Positions 34,526-43,376 of a stretch of 49,340 bases of DNA are shown here, piece after piece (the first letter of the stretch is position 1; every line of letters begins with the position of its first letter). The translations under genes and the position numbers were made by a program. The stretch lies in NCBI GenBank assembly GCA_964448075.1, contig CAYUUR010000005.1:1-49340 (forward strand). The letters run 5' to 3'. The stretch comes from an uncultured Candidatus Saccharibacteria bacterium (GTDB lineage: Bacteria; Patescibacteriota; Saccharimonadia; Saccharimonadales; CAYUUR01). The notes beneath the pieces were generated by a model, which was given only the letters and a program-made list of their open reading frames with translations, had not been told where the DNA came from and made no database searches.

Positions 34526-35449
34526 ATGCCACCAACTACGCGCACATCTCCGGAAAGTATTGCCGCAATTTTTACTGCTCATGGCCTTGGTATTAATCTG
34601 CCCGCAAAACGCATTACTGTCGGCTTTACCAACGAAATACATCATGTAGGAGACTACATTCTTAAAGTTTACGTCCGCTCCGATACCGATATGGAGAGTT
34701 ACGAAAAGGACACCAATTTTTTTGAAAAGCTAAGAGATAGGGTCCTCGTGCCAGAACTAGTCGTAAAGGACGCTACCCGTAGAATTATTCCCCAGCCATA
34801 CATTATCTACAGCTATATTGCCGGTAAGCCAGCCGGCCATGTCTGGCACACTCTCACTGGCGAGCAGCGGAAACGAGTGATTTATGACGGCGTCCAACAA
34901 CTTAGAGCGATTGCAGCATCAGAGTCGAAACCCGTACTCAAAGATTACCCAAGCTGGAAAGTGCAAATTGAAACAAAACTAAACGAATATTTAGAAGTAG
35001 TCCGTCAAAAACAGTTATTCAGTGCTGATACTGTGCAGTCCCTGCAGAGCTACATTGATAGAAACATTGGACTACTGGAACAAGCCGCGCTTGAGTTGCA
35101 ATACTGGGATTTTCACTTAGACAACCTGATTTTAGATAGCGGCAAGCTAGTCGGCATAATTGATTTTGAACACGTTGATGTAGTTTCCAAAGATTACATA
35201 CTTAACATCGTTAGACAAATGCGAGATCATCCTCACCTATCGCTCGCAGAAGACATGGAGCAGTTTGCAAATCCTGACCACTACAAAGATATGCTCAATT
35301 GGTTCAAAGAGTTTTACCCCGAACTTTTTGCTTTTGATGAACTGGAAACACGAATCAATTTGTATGATTTAGAGGGTATGCTACGACTACGACCTCGCTA
35401 CCCTCATGCACGGCAAGTAGATGACCGAATAGCAAAAATCCTAGCGTAG
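34526..35449 (+). CDS. Aminoglycoside/choline-kinase-family phosphotransferase (APH fold)
   Basis: WDFHLDNLILD...GIIDFEH catalytic and Mg-binding motifs. An extended -10 TGaTATAGT lies 6 nt upstream of the ATG. Confidence 0.7.
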   Translation: MPPTTRTSPESIAAIFTAHGLGINLPAKRITVGFTNEIHHVGDYILKVYVRSDTDMESYEKDTNFFEKLRDRVLVPELVVKDATRRIIPQPYIIYSYIAGKPAGHVWHTLTGEQRKRVIYDGVQQLRAIAASESKPVLKDYPSWKVQIETKLNEYLEVVRQKQLFSADTVQSLQSYIDRNIGLLEQAALELQYWDFHLDNLILDSGKLVGIIDFEHVDVVSKDYILNIVRQMRDHPHLSLAEDMEQFANPDHYKDMLNWFKEFYPELFAFDELETRINLYDLEGMLRLRPRYPHARQVDDRIAKILA

Positions 35450-35553
35450 TCGATTAAGGGCTGCTTTGGTAGTTTTAAGTGCTGGAACCTACTGCGCTCA
35501 GACTACACTTAAAACAGAGGTAATTAGCGCCTGTTGTTTGCTATACTCTAATA

Positions 35554-36081
35554 ATGAAACTAATATTCATCTACGGGCCACCCGCCGCTGGCAAGCTAAC
35601 TGTTGCAGAAACGTTGTCTGAACTAACGGGCGTACCGGTTTTCCATAATCATCACTCCAGAGACCTTGTGAAAGACATTTACGGCGATGACTTGATGCAG
35701 CACTATGCTCTAGTAGACAAAATTCGCTATGACGTCATGGAATACTGCGCACAGAACAATACCGATTTAATATTTACCTACGTGTACGGTGGGCCCCAAG
35801 ATGACGCTAAAGTAAAAGGCTTCACAAAAACGATTGAGTCAAATGGCGGTCAAGTTTTGTTTGTGGAGCTCACGGCTGATGCTGGTGACCTGATAGATAG
35901 AGTCGATAATGATTCACGGAAAAGATTCAAAAAGTTACTAGACAAAAAGATAATGACAGAACTCACAGAAAACATGTCAATTTTTACCATTCCATATGTA
36001 GAATCATTAAAAATAAACACTTCAAATACTGATCCTGCCGAATCCGCAGATATCATAGCAACCAAGCTCGGCCTGCTGTAG
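35554..36081 (+). CDS. P-loop kinase-like ATP-binding protein
   Basis: Walker A GPPAAGKLT at residues 8-16. 175 aa. An extended -10 TGcTATACT lies 6 nt upstream of the ATG. Confidence 0.55.
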   Translation: MKLIFIYGPPAAGKLTVAETLSELTGVPVFHNHHSRDLVKDIYGDDLMQHYALVDKIRYDVMEYCAQNNTDLIFTYVYGGPQDDAKVKGFTKTIESNGGQVLFVELTADAGDLIDRVDNDSRKRFKKLLDKKIMTELTENMSIFTIPYVESLKINTSNTDPAESADIIATKLGLL

Positions 36082-36163
36082 TTTAGTCAACTGAAAAATA
36101 GCTGCATCAATTTCTCACCGAACTCGAAACTCCGGCGTAGTCAGTATCTGCTATCCTTAAATA

Positions 36164-36604
36164 GTGAAATATACTACCGGCAGACTCAACTCACGACAAC
36201 TTGCTTTTCAAGAATTATTTGTGGGCACGTTCATTTATGCTGTTGTGCTTGGGTTTTTTAACGACTATACAACTATCGTTAGTGCTAGAAGCTTTTCTAC
36301 AATTTTCTTTGCTTCTGTCGTTCTTGAGATACTGACTTATCTAGTCTTCCAGCTGAAGAATAGTATCATTGCATGGCTCAAAGATCGTGACGGTCTGAAG
36401 TATCGGATAGCTATGTTCTTTTGCGTGTGGCTCGTCATGTTTACGTCTAAGTTCGTATTTATCTGGGCGCTCGATGTTTTCTTTGATGACTACATAATTA
36501 TCAACGGATTCTTTGGGATTTTGCTCGTAGTAATCAGCGTAACGATCATTCACAAACTAGCTTATATGGTCTTTCGTAGGCTTGGCGAAAACAACCAGCC
36601 GTAA
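36164..36604 (+). CDS. Hypothetical four-TM membrane protein
   Basis: GTG start 6 nt after TGcTATCCT. Hydrophobic helices run throughout. Confidence 0.45.
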   Translation: MKYTTGRLNSRQLAFQELFVGTFIYAVVLGFFNDYTTIVSARSFSTIFFASVVLEILTYLVFQLKNSIIAWLKDRDGLKYRIAMFFCVWLVMFTSKFVFIWALDVFFDDYIIINGFFGILLVVISVTIIHKLAYMVFRRLGENNQP

Positions 36605-36668
36605 CTATTGGGGACAGCGCTGACAGCGACCCGTCAAGCCGACCCAAATTTAACAGAAAGGATTAAAA

Positions 36669-37049
36669 CTATAACTCGTTTAACGCCCTGAGTGCAAAAA
36701 TCAGCTCGTCAAATAAGACGATGTCATCGTCATTCAGTGCGACAGTGCCCATTTCGTATTGAGCATCAACCGAATTGCATACCTCTTGAATAGATAGATC
36801 CTGACCAGTTACCGTGTGCTCGAACTCTTCTGGTTCGTCCAAGTTGAGCGAGAAAGAATCAACGACTCCAGCCGGCGAAGTCCTGTAGGCTAAAACCTTT
36901 CTACTTCCATCGTTAAGAGCTATTACGCGCCAAGATGCAAAAGCCATGTCAACCGCCATCCATTTTGGATTGATAGCATCAAACTTGCCATCAAAAAAGT
37001 CTGCAAGAAATGTTACGCGATCCTCCGGTTGTGATAATTCATGATTCAT
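36669..37049 (-). CDS. Hypothetical acidic protein
   Basis: 126 aa from the ATG at 37047-49 (MNHELSQ). The listed extension to 37274 overlaps the divergent DUF5661 gene and was rejected. Confidence 0.45.
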   Translation of the reverse strand: MNHELSQPEDRVTFLADFFDGKFDAINPKWMAVDMAFASWRVIALNDGSRKVLAYRTSPAGVVDSFSLNLDEPEEFEHTVTGQDLSIQEVCNSVDAQYEMGTVALNDDDIVLFDELIFALRALNEL

Positions 37050-37122
37050 GGTTTTATTTTCCGCGCTAACAGAACCAATTGCAAGCATAAGAACGTTTGT
37101 ATGCGAGTGATATAATAGAGAT

Positions 37123-37377
37123 ATGCATAAAAGTTTTACGCCCCAAGAAGCAAAGCAAATTGGCGAAGAAATTGGCATTGATTTTGCCAAGTTCAGCCTT
37201 GATGAATTTGCAAAAGGCTTGGCTGTAGAGTTAGAGCATGGCTCAATGTGGGGCGACGAAACCAACGTCACCAAGGACGACCCCCACTTTACCGGACGAA
37301 TTGCCTGGGCACATCTGAAAGAAATTCCTGACTACTATACACGCCTTGAAAAAATGGAAAAAGAAGCCGGCAGCTAA
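37123..37377 (+). CDS. DUF5661-like small protein
   Basis: LEHGS...TNVTKDD...IAWAHLKEIPDYYTRLEKME signature. An extended -10 TGaTATAAT lies 6 nt upstream of the ATG. Confidence 0.55.
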   Translation: MHKSFTPQEAKQIGEEIGIDFAKFSLDEFAKGLAVELEHGSMWGDETNVTKDDPHFTGRIAWAHLKEIPDYYTRLEKMEKEAGS

Positions 37378-37420
37378 CAACAAGCATTATGGCGTCGATG
37401 CACTTTGCTATAGTACTAAT

Positions 37421-37582
37421 ATGAAACTCGTATGGATATTCGTTTCAATTGGCGGGATCATTGGTGGCTATCTACCAACACTGTTTGGACAAAGTGCCTT
37501 CTCTGTTATTTCGATTCTATCAGGCGCAGCGGGCTCATTCTTTGGCATCTGGGTATACACCAAACTTGACCTTGGACAATAA
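37421..37582 (+). CDS. Small Gly-rich two-TM membrane protein
   Basis: 53 aa from MKLVWIFVSIGG. The listed upstream extension overlaps the preceding gene. Confidence 0.4.
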   Translation: MKLVWIFVSIGGIIGGYLPTLFGQSAFSVISILSGAAGSFFGIWVYTKLDLGQ

Positions 37583-37585
37583 ATA

Positions 37586-37612
37586 ACGCCCGGATTGCTC
37601 CGGGCGTTTGTT
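37586..37612. terminator. Bidirectional terminator between convergent genes
   Basis: ACGCCCGG-ATTGCT-CCGGGCGT followed by TTGTTG. Confidence 0.6.
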
Positions 37613-37627
37613 GCAAAAAACTATTAC

Positions 37628-38200
37628 TTATTTTCGCTTTGAGCTGGCTGGCTGATCAAGCGTGTGCTTCACGTCAAGTGAAAGCGCAATCAAGAGCGGA
37701 CCAGTAACGAGCGCGTACAGACCAAGGATCCACACGAACGCAACACCTGCAGCAGCCGGCTGGAAGAGTACAACAATTCCGGCAAGCACTGAGATGATGG
37801 CACCAATCATGACAAGAGTGCGCATACCAGCTGACATATCGTCTGAGAATGCTGCAACACCTTCGATAACACCACGTACGATCAGTGTGAAACCGATCAG
37901 TAGAATCAGTGTCGCGAAGCTGACGAGTGGGTGTCGAAGTAAGTACACACCAACACCGACTTGTAGCAAGCCAAGCAAGAGTACGAGGAACCACGTGCCT
38001 CGCTTACCGATAGCACCAATGCCTTGCACAATTTCCATCACACCTGAAGCCAAAATATATGCACTAAATAAGTACACGATGGTGACTAGTGTGATTCCTG
38101 GCCAGAATACGGCCGCGATACCAAACAAAAGAGCTGCAACTCCTCTTAAGGTTAGTACCCACCAATAGTTAGACATGAACTCTCTTTCCGATGCGTCCAT
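37628..38200 (-). CDS. HdeD/DUF308-family membrane protein
   Basis: Repeated WxxxLxGxxxxxxGxxxxxxP membrane units (YWWVLTLRGVAALLFGIAAVFWPG). Confidence 0.7.
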   Translation of the reverse strand: MDASEREFMSNYWWVLTLRGVAALLFGIAAVFWPGITLVTIVYLFSAYILASGVMEIVQGIGAIGKRGTWFLVLLLGLLQVGVGVYLLRHPLVSFATLILLIGFTLIVRGVIEGVAAFSDDMSAGMRTLVMIGAIISVLAGIVVLFQPAAAGVAFVWILGLYALVTGPLLIALSLDVKHTLDQPASSKRK

Positions 38201-38300
38201 TATCTCTCCTTCCGTTATATTGTGACTTTATAATGCGCTTTTTGCTAATTTGTTGTCAAGCTATCTTGCATTTATTCTTGCCTTTAGCCATGATAGATAC

Positions 38301-38630
38301 ATGACGCAAAACAAATCATATCTCCTTGTTGGTGGAGCAATTATTATCATGGGATTGATCGTTTTGCTTGAACTGCTCAACGTCGTCCGTGACAACACCA
38401 TCTATCAATTACTCTGGCCAGCCATGGTCTTTTTCACGGGGCTTGGTCTGGCAAGCACACCTGGCACCCGTTTTTTCGGTCTGATCGTTCTGTGGATGGG
38501 ATTCTTGCTACTACTTCGGCAGCTCCATGTCTTTGACTCAAATACCGGCGAGGGTCTGCTGGCCGTTCTACTGGCAATCACTGGGCTAGGCGTGCTGATG
38601 GGTATCGGCGATAAAGCGTCGCACAAATAG
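38301..38630 (+). CDS. Hypothetical membrane protein
   Basis: Three hydrophobic helices. The ATG is at 38301. The listed TTG start at 38250 is also possible. Confidence 0.4.
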   Translation: MTQNKSYLLVGGAIIIMGLIVLLELLNVVRDNTIYQLLWPAMVFFTGLGLASTPGTRFFGLIVLWMGFLLLLRQLHVFDSNTGEGLLAVLLAITGLGVLMGIGDKASHK

Positions 38631-38640
38631 CCAAATAGCA

Positions 38641-39111
38641 CTACCTTTTGCGTTTGTAGACACAGAATCGAAAGTTACTATCCGCCGCTTCCAGCAAACC
38701 ACTTTGGCTGACCCGCTCGAAGTCTTGCTCGTACTGCGGAAAGAACTTGGTGCAGTGGAAGTCTTTGGTTAGCTTGGTCAGATGCAGTTCTTCGGCATAC
38801 TTGAGTGTCTCGGCATATATATTTGCTCCGCCGATTATCCAAACGTCTCCGGTACTTTGTTCCAGAAAAGAGCCCACATTCATAATTGGTTCAAACCCGG
38901 CGCGCAACGGCTCAGTGCCGTCAGTTACTACATAATTAATTCGGTTCTGCAGCGGCTCAACGAATTCCAGATATGTTCGGTAGCCCATGACAACTTTACC
39001 GCCGGTTGTTTTTTCGCGGAAGTACGCTTTGTCGGCAGGCAAATCCCATGGTATGCCCTCTTCAGTGGCAAGTCCACGCTTACTATCGATTGCCGCAATC
39101 ATTCTGATCAT
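38641..39111 (-). CDS. folA: Dihydrofolate reductase
   Basis: MIRMIAAIDSKRGLATEEGIPWDLPADKAYFREKT...VVMGYRTY...WIIGGANIY. The ATG at 39109-11 lies 5 nt after the folC stop. Confidence 0.85.
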   Translation of the reverse strand: MIRMIAAIDSKRGLATEEGIPWDLPADKAYFREKTTGGKVVMGYRTYLEFVEPLQNRINYVVTDGTEPLRAGFEPIMNVGSFLEQSTGDVWIIGGANIYAETLKYAEELHLTKLTKDFHCTKFFPQYEQDFERVSQSGLLEAADSNFRFCVYKRKR

Positions 39112-39116
39112 GCTTA

Positions 39117-40334
39117 CTATAGTAGTCTGCGGGCGTGGCCAAGTAAATACAGCGAACCACAAATCACCATTTCTGCGCTATCTGTTTGGCGTGCTTTTGC
39201 CAAGGCTTGCTCGAGATCTGGCTCCACCGATACATCTACCGTAAGTTCTTTGGTGAGTGATTGTAGTTCTTCTGGATGAATGCTGGCGTGCGCGATGTCC
39301 TGCTGCGCATCAAACGATGTAAAGATAATGCGTTTGGCAAACGGAGCGATAGCCTGAATACAGGCCACGACATGATCACGCTTACTGGTAATCATACTCA
39401 TTACAAACGTTGCGTTCGTCACCCTACTCGCTTGGAGGTTTTTGGCAAGCATGGCGAACTTATCAGGGTTATGTGCGCCATCAAAAATAATCGTTTTGCC
39501 GCCCTTGTGGATCACTTCAAATCTTCCTGGCACAATTCCTGGCTTGCTGTTTTTTGTTCCGGTCAACCCATCTCGTTCGCATACAAACTTAAAGACACAG
39601 CTTGCCAAAGCCCAGTTCCGTTCCTGGCTGGGTAATAATTCTTTGTCGCTTTCTGGCTGACAGACGTGTAGTTCGGCTTTACATAACTCGACCCTTGCCT
39701 TAACTTCTGCGATTGCCGACTCGTCTTGCTCGAGCATAAAGACATGATTGCCGCTCTGAATAATCCCCGCTTTTTGAGCCGCAATCTGCGTGATGGTATC
39801 TCCCAGAATAGCGACATGGTCCAACCCGATGTCCGTGATAACGCTTATCTTCTCAGGATTACTAATCACATTAGTACCGTCAAGCAAACCGCCCAAACCA
39901 ACCTCAACAACTGCGTAATCAACCTGTTCCTTGGCAAACACCCAGTATGCAAATGCTACCATCAGCTCAAAATAGGTAGGCTCTAAATCCATAACCCCTG
40001 CAATGCTCATAAACTCACTTAGATAGGTACAGAAGGTTTTCTCGTCAAGCGGTCTCGTGTTAATTTGCACTCGTTCATTGATTTCGTCGATATGCGGCGA
40101 AACGGTCAGGCCGATTTTTTTGCCGGTTGCCGCTAACAGTTGCGACAAGTAGTAGCAGGTCGATGTCTTGCCAGAAGTACCTGCAACATGAATAACGCGA
40201 AGTTTTTCCTGGGGGTTATCGAGCAGCTCCATAACCTTTTTCATTCGATCAAGCGTGTACTTTTCGCCATAGCCACGCGGCGAGTGACGAGCCAGTTCAG
40301 TATTTACCTCAGCGAGGTTTTGCAGTTTCATCAT
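39117..40334 (-). CDS. folC: Folylpolyglutamate synthase / dihydrofolate synthase
   Basis: Mur-ligase P-loop HVAGTSGKTST. 405 aa. It sits directly upstream of folA. Confidence 0.8.
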   Translation of the reverse strand: MMKLQNLAEVNTELARHSPRGYGEKYTLDRMKKVMELLDNPQEKLRVIHVAGTSGKTSTCYYLSQLLAATGKKIGLTVSPHIDEINERVQINTRPLDEKTFCTYLSEFMSIAGVMDLEPTYFELMVAFAYWVFAKEQVDYAVVEVGLGGLLDGTNVISNPEKISVITDIGLDHVAILGDTITQIAAQKAGIIQSGNHVFMLEQDESAIAEVKARVELCKAELHVCQPESDKELLPSQERNWALASCVFKFVCERDGLTGTKNSKPGIVPGRFEVIHKGGKTIIFDGAHNPDKFAMLAKNLQASRVTNATFVMSMITSKRDHVVACIQAIAPFAKRIIFTSFDAQQDIAHASIHPEELQSLTKELTVDVSVEPDLEQALAKARQTDSAEMVICGSLYLLGHARRLL

Positions 40335-40363
40335 CTCTTATAGTATAGGTAAGCTCGAATTTT

Positions 40364-40392
40364 TTGAACCTTAAGCGGAAACACCGTACAAT
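40364..40392 (+). promoter_or_regulatory. Promoter TTGAAC-17-TACAAT for corA
   Basis: ATGs lie 2 nt (40395) and 8 nt (40401) after the -10. The second fits a leaderless start. Confidence 0.5.
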
Positions 40393-40400
40393 AGATGGTA

Positions 40401-41321
40401 ATGATTCAATACCTTAGAAGTACCAGTCACAAGCCGCGCATTGGCAATAAAAAGGATCTACAGCCAGGTAGCTGGATTCGCGTCGAGAACCCGAACGACG
40501 ATGAACGCCGCATTCTGGTCGATCAATTCAAGCTGGACGAGACGATCCTTCAGGATGCGCTTGACCCGCATGAGGTGCCCCGTATCGAGGCGGAGGACGG
40601 CGCGATCTACCTGATCACGCGCTTGCCAGACACTGATGATGAATTCAATGACTTCACCACGCCAATTATGTTTGTTATCCACGAGGACCACATCATCACC
40701 GTTAGCCGTGATCCGCTGGCGCGTTTATGGCAGCCATTCACGGACAAGACCATTGCCGCAACCACGCAGCAAACGCAGTTTTTGCTGCTGATGCTAGAAG
40801 CTGTGGTGCTGCAATACGAACGCCACGTGGCACTAATCAATCGGCAAATGCGGGCAGCAATTGGCGACGTGACACGTTTGCGGCCAGCCGATATCGCCAC
40901 GTTTGTGGAATACGAACGAAAGCTGAATGATTACCTCGACGCACTCATCCCGAGTAATAACGCCATCGAAAAACTACTTGGCGGTAGACTGATCAAACTG
41001 TACGAAGACGATAAAGACCTCGTGGAAGATCTCTCAATCGACCTCGAGCAAATCATCGTTCGCTGTAAAAGTTTGCTGCGAACCATCACCAACGTGCGCG
41101 ATTCATACCGGGCTGTTATGGACACTAAGCTGAACGAAACCATTCGGATCCTGACGGTCATTACACTCGCCGTCACTATTCCGACCATGCTGGCCGGACT
41201 GTACGGTATGAACGTGCAGTTACCTGGTCAACGCGACCCGTACACCTTCTGGATCATTGCCGCAATTTCGCTGATCACTAGCGGGTCCTTGGCCTTCTAC
41301 TTCCTCCGCAAACGCCGCTAG
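40401..41321 (+). CDS. corA: CorA-family magnesium/cobalt transporter
   Basis: YGMNV (GMN) motif before the last TM, with two C-terminal TM helices. The start may be 40395 or 40401. Confidence 0.85.
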   Translation: MIQYLRSTSHKPRIGNKKDLQPGSWIRVENPNDDERRILVDQFKLDETILQDALDPHEVPRIEAEDGAIYLITRLPDTDDEFNDFTTPIMFVIHEDHIITVSRDPLARLWQPFTDKTIAATTQQTQFLLLMLEAVVLQYERHVALINRQMRAAIGDVTRLRPADIATFVEYERKLNDYLDALIPSNNAIEKLLGGRLIKLYEDDKDLVEDLSIDLEQIIVRCKSLLRTITNVRDSYRAVMDTKLNETIRILTVITLAVTIPTMLAGLYGMNVQLPGQRDPYTFWIIAAISLITSGSLAFYFLRKRR

Positions 41322-42208
41322 GCTACTGCTTGACGAGCTGCGAAGAGCGCACCATAGATGCCGCTATCTTCGCCGTGTGTTGCTGGATCGAGTTCTGGCA
41401 GGTGTGCCAGTCGCTCACGAGCTTCTCGTAACCCAGCCTTGAGGCCTTCAAGCAAATACGGTGACTTGGTAATAACACTTCCAAAGTAATAGATAACACT
41501 CGGCTCAAAGCCCATCTGGCTATGACGATTGATCATTTGCGCATGCGCTTCAACAGCGTCCGCTATCACCTCATTCCATTGTTCTTCTGGCAGATCTTTA
41601 GCTGGCACACCAAACTTTCGTTCGATCCCACTGCCGCTCATGTGCGCTTCCGCACAACCTTCTTTGCCACAACCACACATCGCACCTGGTCGTAGGAATT
41701 CGTGACCTGGCTCGTCGGCAATCAATCGTTCCCCGTCAAAACCAGCACCACCAAAGCCCGTGCTAATAGTCTCAACAAAGCCGGTTTCGGACGCGTCTGT
41801 TTTTCGATTTACAACTTGTTGGGCTTTAGCGGCGGCGATGCAGTCGTTCATAAGGGTAACTGCGCTCGGCTCAAGCATGAGTACATCCGCAATATCTTGC
41901 CTAAATGGCTTGCCGACCCAACCGTACTCGCCGAGCAAGCCGCCTTGTTCGAGCTTTGTCCCTGCACTGTCGAGCTTGCCGGCAATTGCGAAGCCAACGC
42001 CGTGCACCTGATCTGCTTTGGTAAGCAGGTCTATCTCTGCACCAAGCCGCCAGATAGCGTCTTCATAGTTTGGTGGGGTTTCGTAAGTGACGCCTTGCAG
42101 CTCACCGCCACGCTCTACCCAGATGCGAGTGTTGGTGCCGCCGTTATCGACAGCAACAGCCGTCGGAACAGCAAAACCAATGATATTCGACGTCTCGAAA
42201 GTTTTCAT
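41318..42208 (-). CDS. ROK-family sugar kinase (glucokinase-like)
   Basis: N-terminal DNGGTNTR ATP motif and the ROK zinc motif CGCGKEGCAEAH. Confidence 0.75.
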   Translation of the reverse strand: MKTFETSNIIGFAVPTAVAVDNGGTNTRIWVERGGELQGVTYETPPNYEDAIWRLGAEIDLLTKADQVHGVGFAIAGKLDSAGTKLEQGGLLGEYGWVGKPFRQDIADVLMLEPSAVTLMNDCIAAAKAQQVVNRKTDASETGFVETISTGFGGAGFDGERLIADEPGHEFLRPGAMCGCGKEGCAEAHMSGSGIERKFGVPAKDLPEEQWNEVIADAVEAHAQMINRHSQMGFEPSVIYYFGSVITKSPYLLEGLKAGLREARERLAHLPELDPATHGEDSGIYGALFAARQAVA

Positions 42209-42275
42209 GAATCATATTATACAATTATATTCATTCTTAATCAACGTCTGCTACAATGCTTAGGATTGCTAAATC

Positions 42276-42303
42276 GCCGGTGGAGTCTCTACCGGTATTT
42301 TTA
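42276..42303 (+). promoter_or_regulatory. Leader hairpin plus T-tract (candidate attenuator) upstream of the pyrB-like gene
   Basis: A 7-bp stem CCGGTGG/CTACCGG (42277-42283 / 42289-42295) is followed by TATTTTTAT and then an AGGAGGG SD. An extended -10 TGcTACAAT lies at 42249-42257. Confidence 0.4.
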
Positions 42304-42314
42304 TAGGAGGGTAC

Positions 42315-43376
42315 ATGTCAGTAGAAACGTTACACGCACCAGGTTCTTTGGAGCCGATAGATGGCGATCCATCAGGAAAACATCTTTTATCAATGCACCA
42401 GCTTGCGAAAGCTGACGTCTACGATTACATGGACCAGGCCGCCGTTGCAGAGGAACGCCTCAGAAGCCCAATCCCTCAGAATAGAGGCTTCAATCTTCTA
42501 CCCAGCACCGTCCTGAAGGCAGTGATGAGACAGCCATCGACACGAACCGGTGGCAGTATGACAACTGCTATGGATAAACTTGGTGGCACCGGTGAACTCA
42601 TCAGTGGTATGTCAGCATCTGCCGAAGCGAAGGGCGAATCGATGGCCGACTCTTGGCTAGCGTTCGCGACCCAATGCGATATCCTCGGCACCAGGACCAA
42701 AGAAGAGAATGGTCCCCATGAAGCAGCTGCTGTTATCGACGAATACGTAAAAGCCGGAAAATTATGGCATGGTGTGCCGGTAATCAACCTTGGCGATGGC
42801 ACCAATGAGCATCCTACTCAAGCACTGGGCGACCTCTTCACTATCCAGCAAGAACACGAGGCTGGCTGGCAACTAGACGAACTCACCCTGACACTTGTTG
42901 GCGATCACGGACGTTACCGTGCTTTTCACTCACTCATGATCGGCGCAAAACTACTTGACATAAAAGTCGTTGCTGTTGAAAGTAAGGTTGCACGCGTGCC
43001 CGAAGAGTACTGTGAGTTCTTAGACGACAACCTCGAAACAACGACAGAGTTAGACGATGCTCTAGCCACGACAGATGTCCTGTATATCGGACGGAATCCT
43101 GACGAATACGCCAACAACGATTCGTCAGCAGAATACCATCGTAGCCAGGGACTAGCACGCTCATACGAAAACTGGGTGATTGACAAAGATCGCGCCCAGC
43201 GCATGCCAGAAACCAGCGTCATACTACACCCTCGACCTCGTAAGAACGAGCTACAACCCGATGTTGACTTTGACCCACGCGCTTGCGACGTCACCCAAAT
43301 GGCTCACATGATCCCGATGCGCATGGCCATCATCGCCCGCCACATGGGCGTCGACCTCACCCAAGAAGCTGCCTAG
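42315..43376 (+). CDS. Aspartate/ornithine carbamoyltransferase-family protein, ATCase (PyrB)-like with a divergent carbamoyl-phosphate motif
   Basis: PSTRTGGSM (canonical STRTRxSF), HPTQALGDL, VGDHGRYRAFHSL and ILHPRPR (ATCase-type HPLPR). Confidence 0.6.
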   Translation: MSVETLHAPGSLEPIDGDPSGKHLLSMHQLAKADVYDYMDQAAVAEERLRSPIPQNRGFNLLPSTVLKAVMRQPSTRTGGSMTTAMDKLGGTGELISGMSASAEAKGESMADSWLAFATQCDILGTRTKEENGPHEAAAVIDEYVKAGKLWHGVPVINLGDGTNEHPTQALGDLFTIQQEHEAGWQLDELTLTLVGDHGRYRAFHSLMIGAKLLDIKVVAVESKVARVPEEYCEFLDDNLETTTELDDALATTDVLYIGRNPDEYANNDSSAEYHRSQGLARSYENWVIDKDRAQRMPETSVILHPRPRKNELQPDVDFDPRACDVTQMAHMIPMRMAIIARHMGVDLTQEAA

